Part shown: piece by piece, positions 26,029 through 34,108 of the stretch
Layout of the letters: every line of letters begins with the position of its first letter
How positions within the stretch are numbered: position 1 is the stretch's first letter
DNA from: a virus
Lineage: Duplodnaviria; Caudoviricetes
Strand: one strand, 5' to 3'
IMG/VR virus record: IMGVR_UViG_3300010362_000005
Location: 1-45,883 of that record
Length of the DNA stretch: 45,883 nt
The notes under the pieces: model-generated
What the model was told of the DNA's origin: nothing
The model's database searches: none
What the model saw: only the letters and a program-made list of their open reading frames with translations
Made by a program: the position numbers and the translations under genes

Positions 26029-26568
26029 TTAGTGGTTGTCGAACACGTGCACGCCGTCGTTGCCGTCGTGCGTCCAGACGTCGCCGCCCAACTCCATGTC
26101 GCGGGCGAATGCCTCGAAGTCGAAGTACCGCGCGACGACGTCCGGCACGCCTTGCAGGTAGCCGCAGTCGTCGACGAGCTGCTCGGCGTAGGCTTCGAGC
26201 GACGAGAAACAGCCGCGGTAGGCGTCGGTGAACGCGTCGACGCTGTCGGCGTCGTTGCCGTTCGCGAGCCACGCCCCGAACGCTTCGCCGTGCTCGCTCA
26301 ATGCGTTGGCAATGGCCGAGACGTTCGCGAAACTCTCGGACTCGCTGAGGCGCACGCCGTGGAATCCCTCGTAATCGTGGATGGCCCAGTCGTTGTCTGT
26401 GTGGCCGCAATTCTCTTGCAGCGCCGCGCGCGTCGCGTCGATGTCGTCGGCGTCGTCCGTGGCGTCGATCCACACGCCATGTAGCCGGCCCTCGTTGTAG
26501 CAGGCGAGGCACGCCACATAGACGCGAATCTCGGCGTCGCTGTCGGTCAGTTTGCTAAAGCAGCCCAT
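26029..26568 (-). CDS. ardA: ArdA anti-restriction DNA-mimic protein
   Basis: RVYVACLACYNEGRLHGVWID...WAIHDYEGF...YRGCF...YFDFEAFARDM; highly acidic. Confidence 0.93.
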   Translation of the reverse strand: MGCFSKLTDSDAEIRVYVACLACYNEGRLHGVWIDATDDADDIDATRAALQENCGHTDNDWAIHDYEGFHGVRLSESESFANVSAIANALSEHGEAFGAWLANGNDADSVDAFTDAYRGCFSSLEAYAEQLVDDCGYLQGVPDVVARYFDFEAFARDMELGGDVWTHDGNDGVHVFDNH

Positions 26569-26633
26569 CGGGTCCTTCCCCTTCGTCGGGTGTTGGTGCG
26601 CGTCGTCGCGCGTATCGTTCGGCGATGAGCGTA

Positions 26634-26662
26634 ATACTAGGCGCTGTAACCCTAGCCCGCAA
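26634..26662 (-). promoter_or_regulatory. Sigma70-type promoter with TAGG-N9-CCTA operator upstream of ardA
   Basis: Minus strand TTGCGG-17 nt-TAGTAT; operator at 26638-26654. Confidence 0.75.
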
Positions 26663-26790
26663 GTAGGCAAGTTGAACTTTTTTCAACTCGGCCGTCGGCG
26701 CCACCGCTCGGGTACAGTCGAGCCCGGTAGGTAGCGAGTTGCACGGTTGTGCAATTGACAACTTGACAAATTGGCGCCATCCTGCGCCGC

Positions 26791-27114
26791 ATGTTCCCGC
26801 AGTGTCTCGACGACGACCGTTGTCCGGCCTGTGAGGCGCCCGAGGCGCACGGCGTCTGCGCGTGGCACTTAGCGGGCATTCTCCCGCAGCTCGCGCGGCC
26901 CTGGTGGGTCTGGCTGATCGGCGTGTCGATCGTGTCACAGCGCCAGGCGCCGCGCGCCAGTGATGCGCCGCTCTCCGTCTCGCCCGAGGCGCTTGCGCAT
27001 GCTGAGCGCCGGCGCCGCTCGCGTCGGCCGCGCAAGTCGCGCGCAGTGGTTCGTGCTCGCCGGCGTGGCGTCAAAGGGCTCGCACGGGCCCTAATGCAAA
27101 CGGCGCCCGTATGA
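26791..27114 (+). CDS. Possible leaderless Cys/Arg-rich protein
   Basis: TTGACA (26755)-17 nt-CATCCT, ATG 7 nt later, no RBS; CPAC...CAWH motif. Confidence 0.35.
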   Translation: MFPQCLDDDRCPACEAPEAHGVCAWHLAGILPQLARPWWVWLIGVSIVSQRQAPRASDAPLSVSPEALAHAERRRRSRRPRKSRAVVRARRRGVKGLARALMQTAPV

Positions 27115-27125
27115 GGGGCGCCGTT
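27099..27125. terminator. Stem-loop between convergent units
   Basis: AACGGCGCCC-N7-GGGCGCCGTT. Confidence 0.6.
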
Positions 27126-27143
27126 GTGGTCTCTCGTGCGTTG

Positions 27144-27431
27144 TCAAAATGGGAGGTCGTCCGCTTCGAGCGCGCCAGCATCGTTCACGAACGTCCACGG
27201 CGGCAACGTCGGCCCCCAATTCTCGGCGACGCGTTCGGCATCGTTGTCGACGATGCGCCATTGCAGCTCGTTGTAATACTCGGGCAGACGCGACATCAGG
27301 ACGTCGAGCCAGGCGCGCGTTTCGGCCGTCGCTTCGACGTGCCAGGGTGTCCAGCCGATGATTTCGTCACGGCCCCCAAAGCGAGGGCCGCGGGCGAGCG
27401 CGACGAAACGCGGCGACGAGTTGCGCAGCAT
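27144..27431 (-). CDS. Small protein with SSB-like acidic tail (DDLPF)
   Basis: 95 aa; GGAGG RBS; C-terminus ADDLPF. Confidence 0.6.
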   Translation of the reverse strand: MLRNSSPRFVALARGPRFGGRDEIIGWTPWHVEATAETRAWLDVLMSRLPEYYNELQWRIVDNDAERVAENWGPTLPPWTFVNDAGALEADDLPF

Positions 27432-27434
27432 GGG

Positions 27435-27596
27435 TTAGCCCTCCGCGGCGGCGAAGTTGACTCGGCCCTCGTCTTTCGCGAGGCAGTCGGTTCCCCAGAG
27501 GTCGAGCGCGACCGCAGCGCATGCCAGGTCATACCAAATCTCGGACTCGGGATTCTTGCGGGCGATCACGGTCAGCGTGCGGGCCAGGTCATGCAT
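27435..27596 (-). CDS. 53-aa protein, first gene of the island (below ORF-track cutoff)
   Basis: GGAG RBS; MHDLARTLTVIARKNPESEIWYDLACAAVALDLWGTDCLAKDEGRVNFAAAEG. Confidence 0.55.
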   Translation of the reverse strand: MHDLARTLTVIARKNPESEIWYDLACAAVALDLWGTDCLAKDEGRVNFAAAEG

Positions 27597-27636
27597 AGCA
27601 GCTCCAACAAAGGGTTAGCGTTTCCTGTTGAGTATC

Positions 27637-27664
27637 AAGATAGGCGCAATAACCCTAGTGTCAA
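27637..27664 (-). promoter_or_regulatory. Sigma70-type promoter with TAGG-N9-CCTA operator, divergent from terS
   Basis: Minus strand TTGACA-16 nt-TATCTT; operator at 27641-27657. Confidence 0.7.
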
Positions 27665-27682
27665 GGGGCAAAAATAAACCAG

Positions 27683-28150
27683 ATGCCGCGCCTTTCTCGC
27701 AACGCCGTCCTGTCCGTGCGCCGCCAACGGTTCGTCGCTGAGTTCATGGTCGACGGCAACGCCACGCAAGCCGCTATCCGTGCAGGCTTTGCACGCGGTC
27801 GAGCTGCTACCGTCGAAGGCGCCCGCCTGCTAGCCAATGCTGACGTGCAAGCCGCGCTAGCCATCGCGAAAGCGGCGCGCGCGCGTCGCCTCGACCTCTC
27901 GGCAGACTGGGTGCTTATGCAACTTGTCTCATTGCATGCGGCGACCGTCGAGCGCGAGCCGGAGACGGCGCGCAGGTGCCTGCGCGACATCGGCGACGGC
28001 CTCGGGATGTTCGTCGAGCGGCACGAGCACGAGTTCCCGCAGCTCAGCGCCGACGAGCGCAACGCACGCGTCGCTGCACTGCTGAGCGCCGGCCGCATGC
28101 GAGCGCTTGCCGCCGGTGCGATCCCGGCCGATGCCGGCCAGAACGAATAA
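27683..28150 (+). CDS. terS: Terminase small subunit
   Basis: RQRFVAEFMVDGNATQAAIRAGF...GARLLANADVQ (Terminase_2 pattern). Confidence 0.9.
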   Translation: MPRLSRNAVLSVRRQRFVAEFMVDGNATQAAIRAGFARGRAATVEGARLLANADVQAALAIAKAARARRLDLSADWVLMQLVSLHAATVEREPETARRCLRDIGDGLGMFVERHEHEFPQLSADERNARVAALLSAGRMRALAAGAIPADAGQNE

Positions 28151-28238
28151 CTAATCCGTAGCCAACCTAGGCTAAGTGGCTATATGACAATGGATTACAA
28201 GACCTTGCGCCTGAGTGGTGAGGGAAATGGTGAGGGAC
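28137..28238 (+). other. Secondary att-like site (core half-sites plus arm pair)
   Basis: TAATCCGTAG at 28152 and GGTGAGGGA-AATG-GTGAGGGAC at 28217; the 65-bp offset equals that in attP. Confidence 0.7.
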
Positions 28239-28432
28239 ACGAGACGGACGACGACGAGCGCGACGACGACGAGCAAGACGAGGAAACCGACGACGTCGAC
28301 GACGAGCCCGAACCCGAGCCGGCGCCGGGCCCCACCCCCACCCCCTACCCCCAAATGACGACGGCGGGGCGTTGGAGTCCCGTGCCCTTCCCGCCTTCCG
28401 CGCATGGGTTACGGAAAGTCGGTCTCGCGTGA
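28184..28432 (+). CDS. Small acidic/Pro-rich protein
   Basis: 82 aa with a D/E tract; stop overlaps terL ATG 28432; overlaps the att-like arm. Confidence 0.4.
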   Translation: MTMDYKTLRLSGEGNGEGHETDDDERDDDEQDEETDDVDDEPEPEPAPGPTPTPYPQMTTAGRWSPVPFPPSAHGLRKVGLA

Positions 28433-30234
28433 TGATTTCTGAATTCGTTCACTCGCATTCACAAATGCTCGCGGTGGAGTTTCTGAGTGCGGAGGAGCGC
28501 ACGGAACTCGACCAGCATTTGGTAGCGCTGACGAGTGGGCGGCCGCATGTGGAGTTTCAGCGGGACCCGGTCGCGTGGGCGCACGTGATGTTGGGAGTGC
28601 CGGCCTACACGATCGTGTGGTCCCTCAATGCGGGATATGGACGCCATGCGTGGGATGGCGACGCCGATCCCTTGGCGCGGTTGTTCGAGGCGGTGCGTGA
28701 CGGGAAGAATTGCGGTGTGGAGTCGGGCACGGGCACGGGCAAGTCGTTTGCGATGGCCGTGCTCATTCTCTGGTTTCTCGCGTGTTACGAAGATTCCAGA
28801 GTGTTCACGTTCGCGCCGAAGGAGGACCAGCTCCGGCTCTTCATCTGGGCCGAGATTCGGAAACTCTGGCCACGCTTTCACGCGCACTTCCCCGACGCCG
28901 AGCTGCTCGATTTGGAAATTCGCATGCGCGGGAACGGCGACAAGACGTGGATTGCGCAGGGCGTGGCGGTCGGGATCGAAGTCGGCGAGGCCGTCAGCAC
29001 GAAGGCCTCGGGCATGCACGCGCAGCACATGATGCTCGTGTATGAGGAAGCGCAGCGGGTGCCGCTTCAAGTGATGGAAGCCGGCGAGAACGCGTGCACG
29101 GCGGCGCACAACTTCCGGGTCGCGATTGGCAACTGCAACAATCGGCTGGACACGTTGCATCGGTTTGCCACCGCGGCGGGGACGGTCCACGTGCGCATGT
29201 CGGCGTTGGATCATCCGAACGTCGTCACGGGCAACGCCGAGCTGATTCCCGGCGCCGTGTCGGGAGAGTCGATCCGGCGCCGGCGCGAGAAGTATGGCGA
29301 GACGAGCCCCGTGTATCAGTCGCGGGTGCGAGGGATTAGCCCCGAACAGGCGAGCGATGCGCTCATTCGGCACGAGTGGCTCGAAGCATCAGCGGTCAGG
29401 TACGAGGCAGGACTGAGGCGCGGCGCGATTTACACGGTGCCGGGGAAGCTCACGGGGAAAGGCGTCGACGTCGCCAACAGTGAGCACGGCGACCGTGCGT
29501 GTATCGTCGATTTCTCGGAGCAGCGCGTCGTGCGTGTGGAGGCGTTCCAGTGTCCTGACGCCAACGCGCTCGGGCGGCAGGTGGTCATGGAGCTGCAAGC
29601 CGCCGAACTCAAGGCTGAGTATTGCGGCATTGACACCATTGGCGTGGGCGCGGGCACGGTGAACGAATGCCGGCGGTTGCGCCAACGCGTGCAAGCGCTC
29701 AACGCATCGTCGCGTCCATTCAAGAATTCTCAGAAGTCGCCAGACGGCGCCACGTATGAGTGGGCCGACGATGCGAACCAGTTCCGGCATTTCCGCGATC
29801 AAGGGTACTGGCAGCTCCGCGAGGACTTTCGACTCGGGCGCATCGACATGGCGCGCGATGACGAGCTGTGGGAAGAGCTGACGGCGCACACGTTCGTCGA
29901 CGAGCCCAAGACGGTGATTGAGCCGAAGGACGAGGTGCGCGCACGCCTCGGGCGTTCGCCGGACAAGGCTGAGGCGTTGATGCTCGGCAATTGGGCGCGG
30001 CGCCGGCGCGCGTGGGTGCCCGAGGTGCACGACGAGTCGACGGGGCTGAGTGAAGGGCACGATCACCGGGTGCGCTTTCGTCGGATGGCGCACGCGCTGG
30101 GTGGCGAGTGGGTGGGGCCCGGTGAGCGGGTCGGAGAGTTGATCGAGGGGAGCGCCGGGGATGGGGACCGCGAGGCAGCGGGCCTCGGCGCTGTCACCGG
30201 CGGCTACACCGACCAACTGCCAGTCGGGATTTAG
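28432..30234 (+). CDS. terL: Terminase large subunit
   Basis: Walker A ESGTGTGKS, Walker B-like LVYEEA, coupling IGN, nuclease GVDVA...IDTIGVGAG...RSPDKAEAL; start approximate. Confidence 0.92.
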   Translation: MISEFVHSHSQMLAVEFLSAEERTELDQHLVALTSGRPHVEFQRDPVAWAHVMLGVPAYTIVWSLNAGYGRHAWDGDADPLARLFEAVRDGKNCGVESGTGTGKSFAMAVLILWFLACYEDSRVFTFAPKEDQLRLFIWAEIRKLWPRFHAHFPDAELLDLEIRMRGNGDKTWIAQGVAVGIEVGEAVSTKASGMHAQHMMLVYEEAQRVPLQVMEAGENACTAAHNFRVAIGNCNNRLDTLHRFATAAGTVHVRMSALDHPNVVTGNAELIPGAVSGESIRRRREKYGETSPVYQSRVRGISPEQASDALIRHEWLEASAVRYEAGLRRGAIYTVPGKLTGKGVDVANSEHGDRACIVDFSEQRVVRVEAFQCPDANALGRQVVMELQAAELKAEYCGIDTIGVGAGTVNECRRLRQRVQALNASSRPFKNSQKSPDGATYEWADDANQFRHFRDQGYWQLREDFRLGRIDMARDDELWEELTAHTFVDEPKTVIEPKDEVRARLGRSPDKAEALMLGNWARRRRAWVPEVHDESTGLSEGHDHRVRFRRMAHALGGEWVGPGERVGELIEGSAGDGDREAAGLGAVTGGYTDQLPVGI

Positions 30235-30253
30235 GAATTTTTGATATTCACAA

Positions 30254-30439
30254 ATGCGACCCAACCCCTACGTCACCTACTTCACGTACGAGCGACTCAC
30301 GGGCCGCAACATCGGCAAGAGCATTGGGCCGGCGAAGAGCGCGAGCTATGGCGCTGAGCCGGACGACGACAATGACGCGATCGAGCCGCGGGGTCTACCC
30401 GTTCCTGGAGCTGCTGCGCATGAGCCAACGCAACCCTGA
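30254..30439 (+). CDS. Hypothetical protein
   Basis: 61 aa directly after terL. Confidence 0.35.
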   Translation: MRPNPYVTYFTYERLTGRNIGKSIGPAKSASYGAEPDDDNDAIEPRGLPVPGAAAHEPTQP

Positions 30440-30677
30440 ACACCATCTTGAGCGCCCGCTCATTCTACATCTCGAACACCTGCGCCTCGCCGATGCGAGC
30501 GATCCGGCGAAGGTGTGGGCGACGCTCAACAAGATGATCGACGCGCTCAACCAGCTCTTGCCCGGGCACAACTTCGTCATCACCGACGACGGGCGCATCG
30601 TCGTGCGCGATGTGGCGCGTGAAAGTCTCGGCCGCGACGAGAACGTGCCCCTCCCTTCTGACAGCGAGGCGCTATGA
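30420..30677 (+). CDS. Hypothetical protein
   Basis: GGAG RBS; ATGA-coupled to the next gene. Confidence 0.55.
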   Translation: MSQRNPEHHLERPLILHLEHLRLADASDPAKVWATLNKMIDALNQLLPGHNFVITDDGRIVVRDVARESLGRDENVPLPSDSEAL

Positions 30678-31039
30678 CCGCCCCACGCGTTCCGATGTTG
30701 CAGCGCAAGCCTGGTGCGGGGGCGGGTGGCCCGCCGGGGCCGGGTGCGAGTCCCAAGATGCCGCCGTTGCCGTTGCCGAGCGCCGCGACGGAGGGAGACC
30801 CGAACGCGCAGGCCGCGCTCATGGCGGCGGCCGCAGCGAACGGCCCGCCACCGGGCGCGCCCCCCGGAATGGGCGCGAACATGACGCAATGCCCGGTGTG
30901 CGGGTGTCAGTTCGATCCGGCCAATCCCGAGGCGACGGCCACGCCCCCGACGGGCGGTGGAGGTGGTGCGCCGCCGCCGGACCTCGCGGCGAAGCTCGGC
31001 GCGATCATGGGCGCCGGTGGGGGCGGTGGAGGCGCGTGA
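30674..31039 (+). CDS. Gly/Pro-rich protein with CPVC motif
   Basis: 121 aa; overlapping start and stop codons on both sides. Confidence 0.55.
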   Translation: MTAPRVPMLQRKPGAGAGGPPGPGASPKMPPLPLPSAATEGDPNAQAALMAAAAANGPPPGAPPGMGANMTQCPVCGCQFDPANPEATATPPTGGGGGAPPPDLAAKLGAIMGAGGGGGGA

Positions 31040-31404
31040 GCAAACGCGAATGGAAGAAGTATCAACGCGACGACGAGCGCAGCTTAGACAGCCCGGTCTC
31101 CGCAGTGATGCCGTCGGGCGCGCCGGCGCTCTACCCGCGCGTGCCATTCACGCCCGAGGCGCACGAGCCGCCCGAGCCCGAGGTGCGCATCGGGCACGAT
31201 CGCTTTCGCGTCACGACGGACGGCGTCGTCGTGTACTACGACGACTACAGCCACACGTGGAAGGTCTCGATTTACCAGCGCGGCATCATCGCGCCGTTGG
31301 CGCATCTCCTCAACGCCGCGCGCGAGCGGGACATCGCCCGCCGCAGCGCACCCCTCAACGCGTCCCTCAACGATCGAATGGAACGAGCAGATGGACCCGG
31401 CTGA
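31036..31404 (+). CDS. Hypothetical protein
   Basis: GGAGG RBS, GTG start. Confidence 0.55.
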   Translation: MSKREWKKYQRDDERSLDSPVSAVMPSGAPALYPRVPFTPEAHEPPEPEVRIGHDRFRVTTDGVVVYYDDYSHTWKVSIYQRGIIAPLAHLLNAARERDIARRSAPLNASLNDRMERADGPG

Positions 31405-31624
31405 ATTCGTGGCGCCGGTCGAGCTGCCGGACGACCAAGTGCCCCTCGTGATGACGGTGCGTCGCGTCACGCTCTCCAACGGGCGCACGATCGAGGTCAA
31501 GGTGATGCGGCGCGAGAACGCGGCGCCGTGGAGTGAGGAGGACGAGTTTGCGCTGCGCATGATTCTCGACGTGGCGTCAGCGATCGGTCTCCCGCGGCCG
31601 CCCAAGCCGGGGCTCGTCTCATGA
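31391..31624 (+). CDS. Hypothetical protein
   Basis: 77 aa; tiles the operon. Confidence 0.5.
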   Translation: MDPAEFVAPVELPDDQVPLVMTVRRVTLSNGRTIEVKVMRRENAAPWSEEDEFALRMILDVASAIGLPRPPKPGLVS

Positions 31625-31908
31625 CGCCGGGTGAAAAGGCGGCCATCATCGACAGGCACTCCATCATGTCGCCGCCGGCCGACGATCCGATCACGCTGGG
31701 GCCGGTCGACGCGGCCTACGTGACAATGATCGAGGGCGAATACCAGGCGGCGGTGCAGAACGCGCAGCAGCTCCGGCTCGCGCGCTTTCAAGTCGTGATG
31801 AAGGCGCACGGCATTGCCGACGGCGCGACCGTGACGGTGCTGCCGGCCGAGAACGGTCGACCGATGCAGCTCCAAGTCGGCGCGCCCCCAGCCAACGGAG
31901 CGCGGTAG
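31621..31908 (+). CDS. Hypothetical protein
   Basis: 95 aa; ATGA coupling. Confidence 0.55.
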   Translation: MTPGEKAAIIDRHSIMSPPADDPITLGPVDAAYVTMIEGEYQAAVQNAQQLRLARFQVVMKAHGIADGATVTVLPAENGRPMQLQVGAPPANGAR

Positions 31909-31910
31909 GG

Positions 31911-32507
31911 ATGTTCCCGCGCGTGCGTCCGTTGACGCCGTGGGAAGCATCGGCCACGCTCAGCAACACCGGCATCGCGGCCGACCTTCCGAACACGGCG
32001 AAGCTCGACCGGCTCACGTATCTCGAATCGGTCGTGGCGAACCTGTTGCTCGGGCAGCCGGCGACGTTGGGGCTCGCGGCACTGCCGGCAGTCAAGGCGG
32101 TGCGTCGCTTCGCCGCGACACAGCTCGACGTGTGCGCCGAGCCGGGCGACTTCACCGGCGCGCACTTCGTCGCGTTCACGGTCGACGACATCCCGCCTGA
32201 CGTGGACGACGGCGGCGATTACCCGACCGGCGTGCTCGCGACGCGCACCGCCGCTGAGATGGTTGCTGAGCTGCCGCACGTGAAGTCGGGCGATGCGTGG
32301 CTCGTGCTCGTGACGAACGCGACGAAGCGGCCGTTCGCGCTCTGGCCGGGACACGGCGTGCGCCTCGGCGTGTCCGGCATCGCTGGCGCCGAGATTCCCC
32401 CAGGCAGCGGGCAGCTCTTTCTCGTGACGGTAGCGTCGCTCACGTCAATCACGTTCGCTCCGCTGCTGAGCGGCGCGACACTCCCGGCAGGAGTGACGGC
32501 ACCGTGA
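31911..32507 (+). CDS. Possible virion decoration-like protein
   Basis: C-half TRTAAEMVAEL..GDAWLVLVTN..LWPGHGV..FLVTV resembles beta-rich phage structural proteins. Confidence 0.45.
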   Translation: MFPRVRPLTPWEASATLSNTGIAADLPNTAKLDRLTYLESVVANLLLGQPATLGLAALPAVKAVRRFAATQLDVCAEPGDFTGAHFVAFTVDDIPPDVDDGGDYPTGVLATRTAAEMVAELPHVKSGDAWLVLVTNATKRPFALWPGHGVRLGVSGIAGAEIPPGSGQLFLVTVASLTSITFAPLLSGATLPAGVTAP

Positions 32508-32701
32508 CCAACCCGCGCCGTCCCTCAGCATTCGGTAAGCGCACCACGCTGACGGACGACTATGTGGAAGTCCTCAAGGGCGACGAACCGCCCAGCTATT
32601 GGTCGCGGCTCGCGCACGAGGGCCGGTTTCCCGAGGGCGTCAACGGTGACGACCCGCGCATTCAAGAGATTCTCGCGCAACGGTTCCCCAAGGCGGGCTG
32701 A
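32504..32701 (+). CDS. Hypothetical protein
   Basis: GTGA coupling; 65 aa. Confidence 0.45.
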   Translation: MTNPRRPSAFGKRTTLTDDYVEVLKGDEPPSYWSRLAHEGRFPEGVNGDDPRIQEILAQRFPKAG

Positions 32702-32717
32702 TGCCATCGGTCAAGTC

Positions 32718-33149
32718 ATGACGCCAGAGACGAGTGCTGTCGTCGTCGCGATCGGTCGCGCGCTCGTGTGGCTCGCGATCGTGCTCGTGGCACGCAACGC
32801 GCTGCAACTCTGGATTCGCTTCAAGGAGGACCAGGCGGCCATCGAGCGCGCCCAAGGGCGTCCTTCGCTCGAAAAGTTGGGAGTTGCGCAACCCGTGCCA
32901 CGTGGCACATCTGAGGAGGCGCGGGAGCTGCTCCGGGGGAATCGTGAGCGACTGTCGGCGTTGTCGCGGCCCGGCGACGTCGTGATTCCCGACGACTTGG
33001 AAGCGCACTGCGGGCAGTGGGAAGATGGTTGGGCGCGCGAGGACGAACGCTCCGCGGTGCGCTCGAAGTTCGTCGAGCTGTACGACGGCGACGCCGCGGG
33101 CACATGGCAACGCGTCCGGCGCGCCGTCGGCATCGGAGAGCTGCCATGA
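32718..33149 (+). CDS. Protein with N-terminal membrane anchor
   Basis: AVVVAIGRALVWLAIVLVA followed by a soluble domain. Confidence 0.55.
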   Translation: MTPETSAVVVAIGRALVWLAIVLVARNALQLWIRFKEDQAAIERAQGRPSLEKLGVAQPVPRGTSEEARELLRGNRERLSALSRPGDVVIPDDLEAHCGQWEDGWAREDERSAVRSKFVELYDGDAAGTWQRVRRAVGIGELP

Positions 33150-33523
33150 CCTCCCGGTACGCGTCGACGTTTCCCGTGCTGAATGGCCCGCACGGCGGTG
33201 ATTGGATCGAGGCGCCGCCCGGCACGCAGGCCGGCGCCGCGGTGGCCGTGGGCTTCTCCGGTCCCAGGGGCATGCGGTACGCCGTGTATGTGTTGATCGA
33301 GGTTCCCGAGACAGAAGCGCAAGGGGAGCGTGGTCCTCGCGCCGCGCCTGAAACCCTGGAAAGGGAAACCCTTGCGTCGAGCGAACCGCCGGCCGAGGTG
33401 CGCCCCAAGAAGCTCGGGCTCGCGTTCGTGCGCTCGTGGCTCACGCCGGCCGAAGCGCAGCGGCACGTGCAGGAAATCTCGCTCGTGACGAACGTGGCGC
33501 GCGAAGTCGCCGAGTCGAACTGA
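33146..33523 (+). CDS. Hypothetical protein
   Basis: GGAG RBS; ATGA coupling; PVLNGPHGG motif. Confidence 0.5.
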   Translation: MTSRYASTFPVLNGPHGGDWIEAPPGTQAGAAVAVGFSGPRGMRYAVYVLIEVPETEAQGERGPRAAPETLERETLASSEPPAEVRPKKLGLAFVRSWLTPAEAQRHVQEISLVTNVAREVAESN

Positions 33524-33524
33524 C

Positions 33525-34088
33525 ATGAGCGCCCCTGCTCTCACCATCCAAGGCCGCGTCGTGAGGCTGACCGCCGACGACGTGCGTGCCTGCTACATGG
33601 GCGGGTGCGAGCGCAATCTCGACGCCGTGATTAACCGGCGCGCCGGCGGCGGCCGTGCGACCTATGGCGGCTGGGAGGACAACATTCGCGGTGCGTCCGG
33701 TGAGCTGGCGGTGTGTCGCGCACTCGGCCTCACGTGGGACCCGACCATCGGGCGCGTCAACGCCCCGGACGCCGGCCCGTACCAAGTGCGCACCACGCAT
33801 TACGACGACGGACACCTCATTCTGCGCAAGGAAGAGGTGAGGACCGATCAAATCTTCATACTCGTCACGGGCTTTGTCTTTGAGTTCACGATTCGCGGCG
33901 GGCTCATTGCGCGGCACGGCGAACGCGCGATCTGGTGGCGGAAGTACGACCTGAAAACCGGCAAGTACCGCCCCGCCTATTTCGTCCCGCAGGATGCGCT
34001 GCTCCCCCTGGAGGACCTCGGCATTGCGCCCGTTGACCGCTCTCGTGTCCCGGAAGTTGGGAAATTCCCAACTTTGACACGTGGATAA
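33525..34088 (+). CDS. Restriction-endonuclease-fold (PD-(D/E)xK-like) phage protein
   Basis: GASGELAVCRAL...PD...YQVRTT...FILV...YFVPQDALLP. Confidence 0.5.
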   Translation: MSAPALTIQGRVVRLTADDVRACYMGGCERNLDAVINRRAGGGRATYGGWEDNIRGASGELAVCRALGLTWDPTIGRVNAPDAGPYQVRTTHYDDGHLILRKEEVRTDQIFILVTGFVFEFTIRGGLIARHGERAIWWRKYDLKTGKYRPAYFVPQDALLPLEDLGIAPVDRSRVPEVGKFPTLTRG

Positions 34089-34108
34089 GTGGACATCGTG
34101 TTGAAAGG

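Noticed and set aside
34074-34102. Canonical sigma70 portal promoter from TTGACA (similarly 39202)
   Set aside because: No acceptable -10 hexamer at 16-18 bp spacing.
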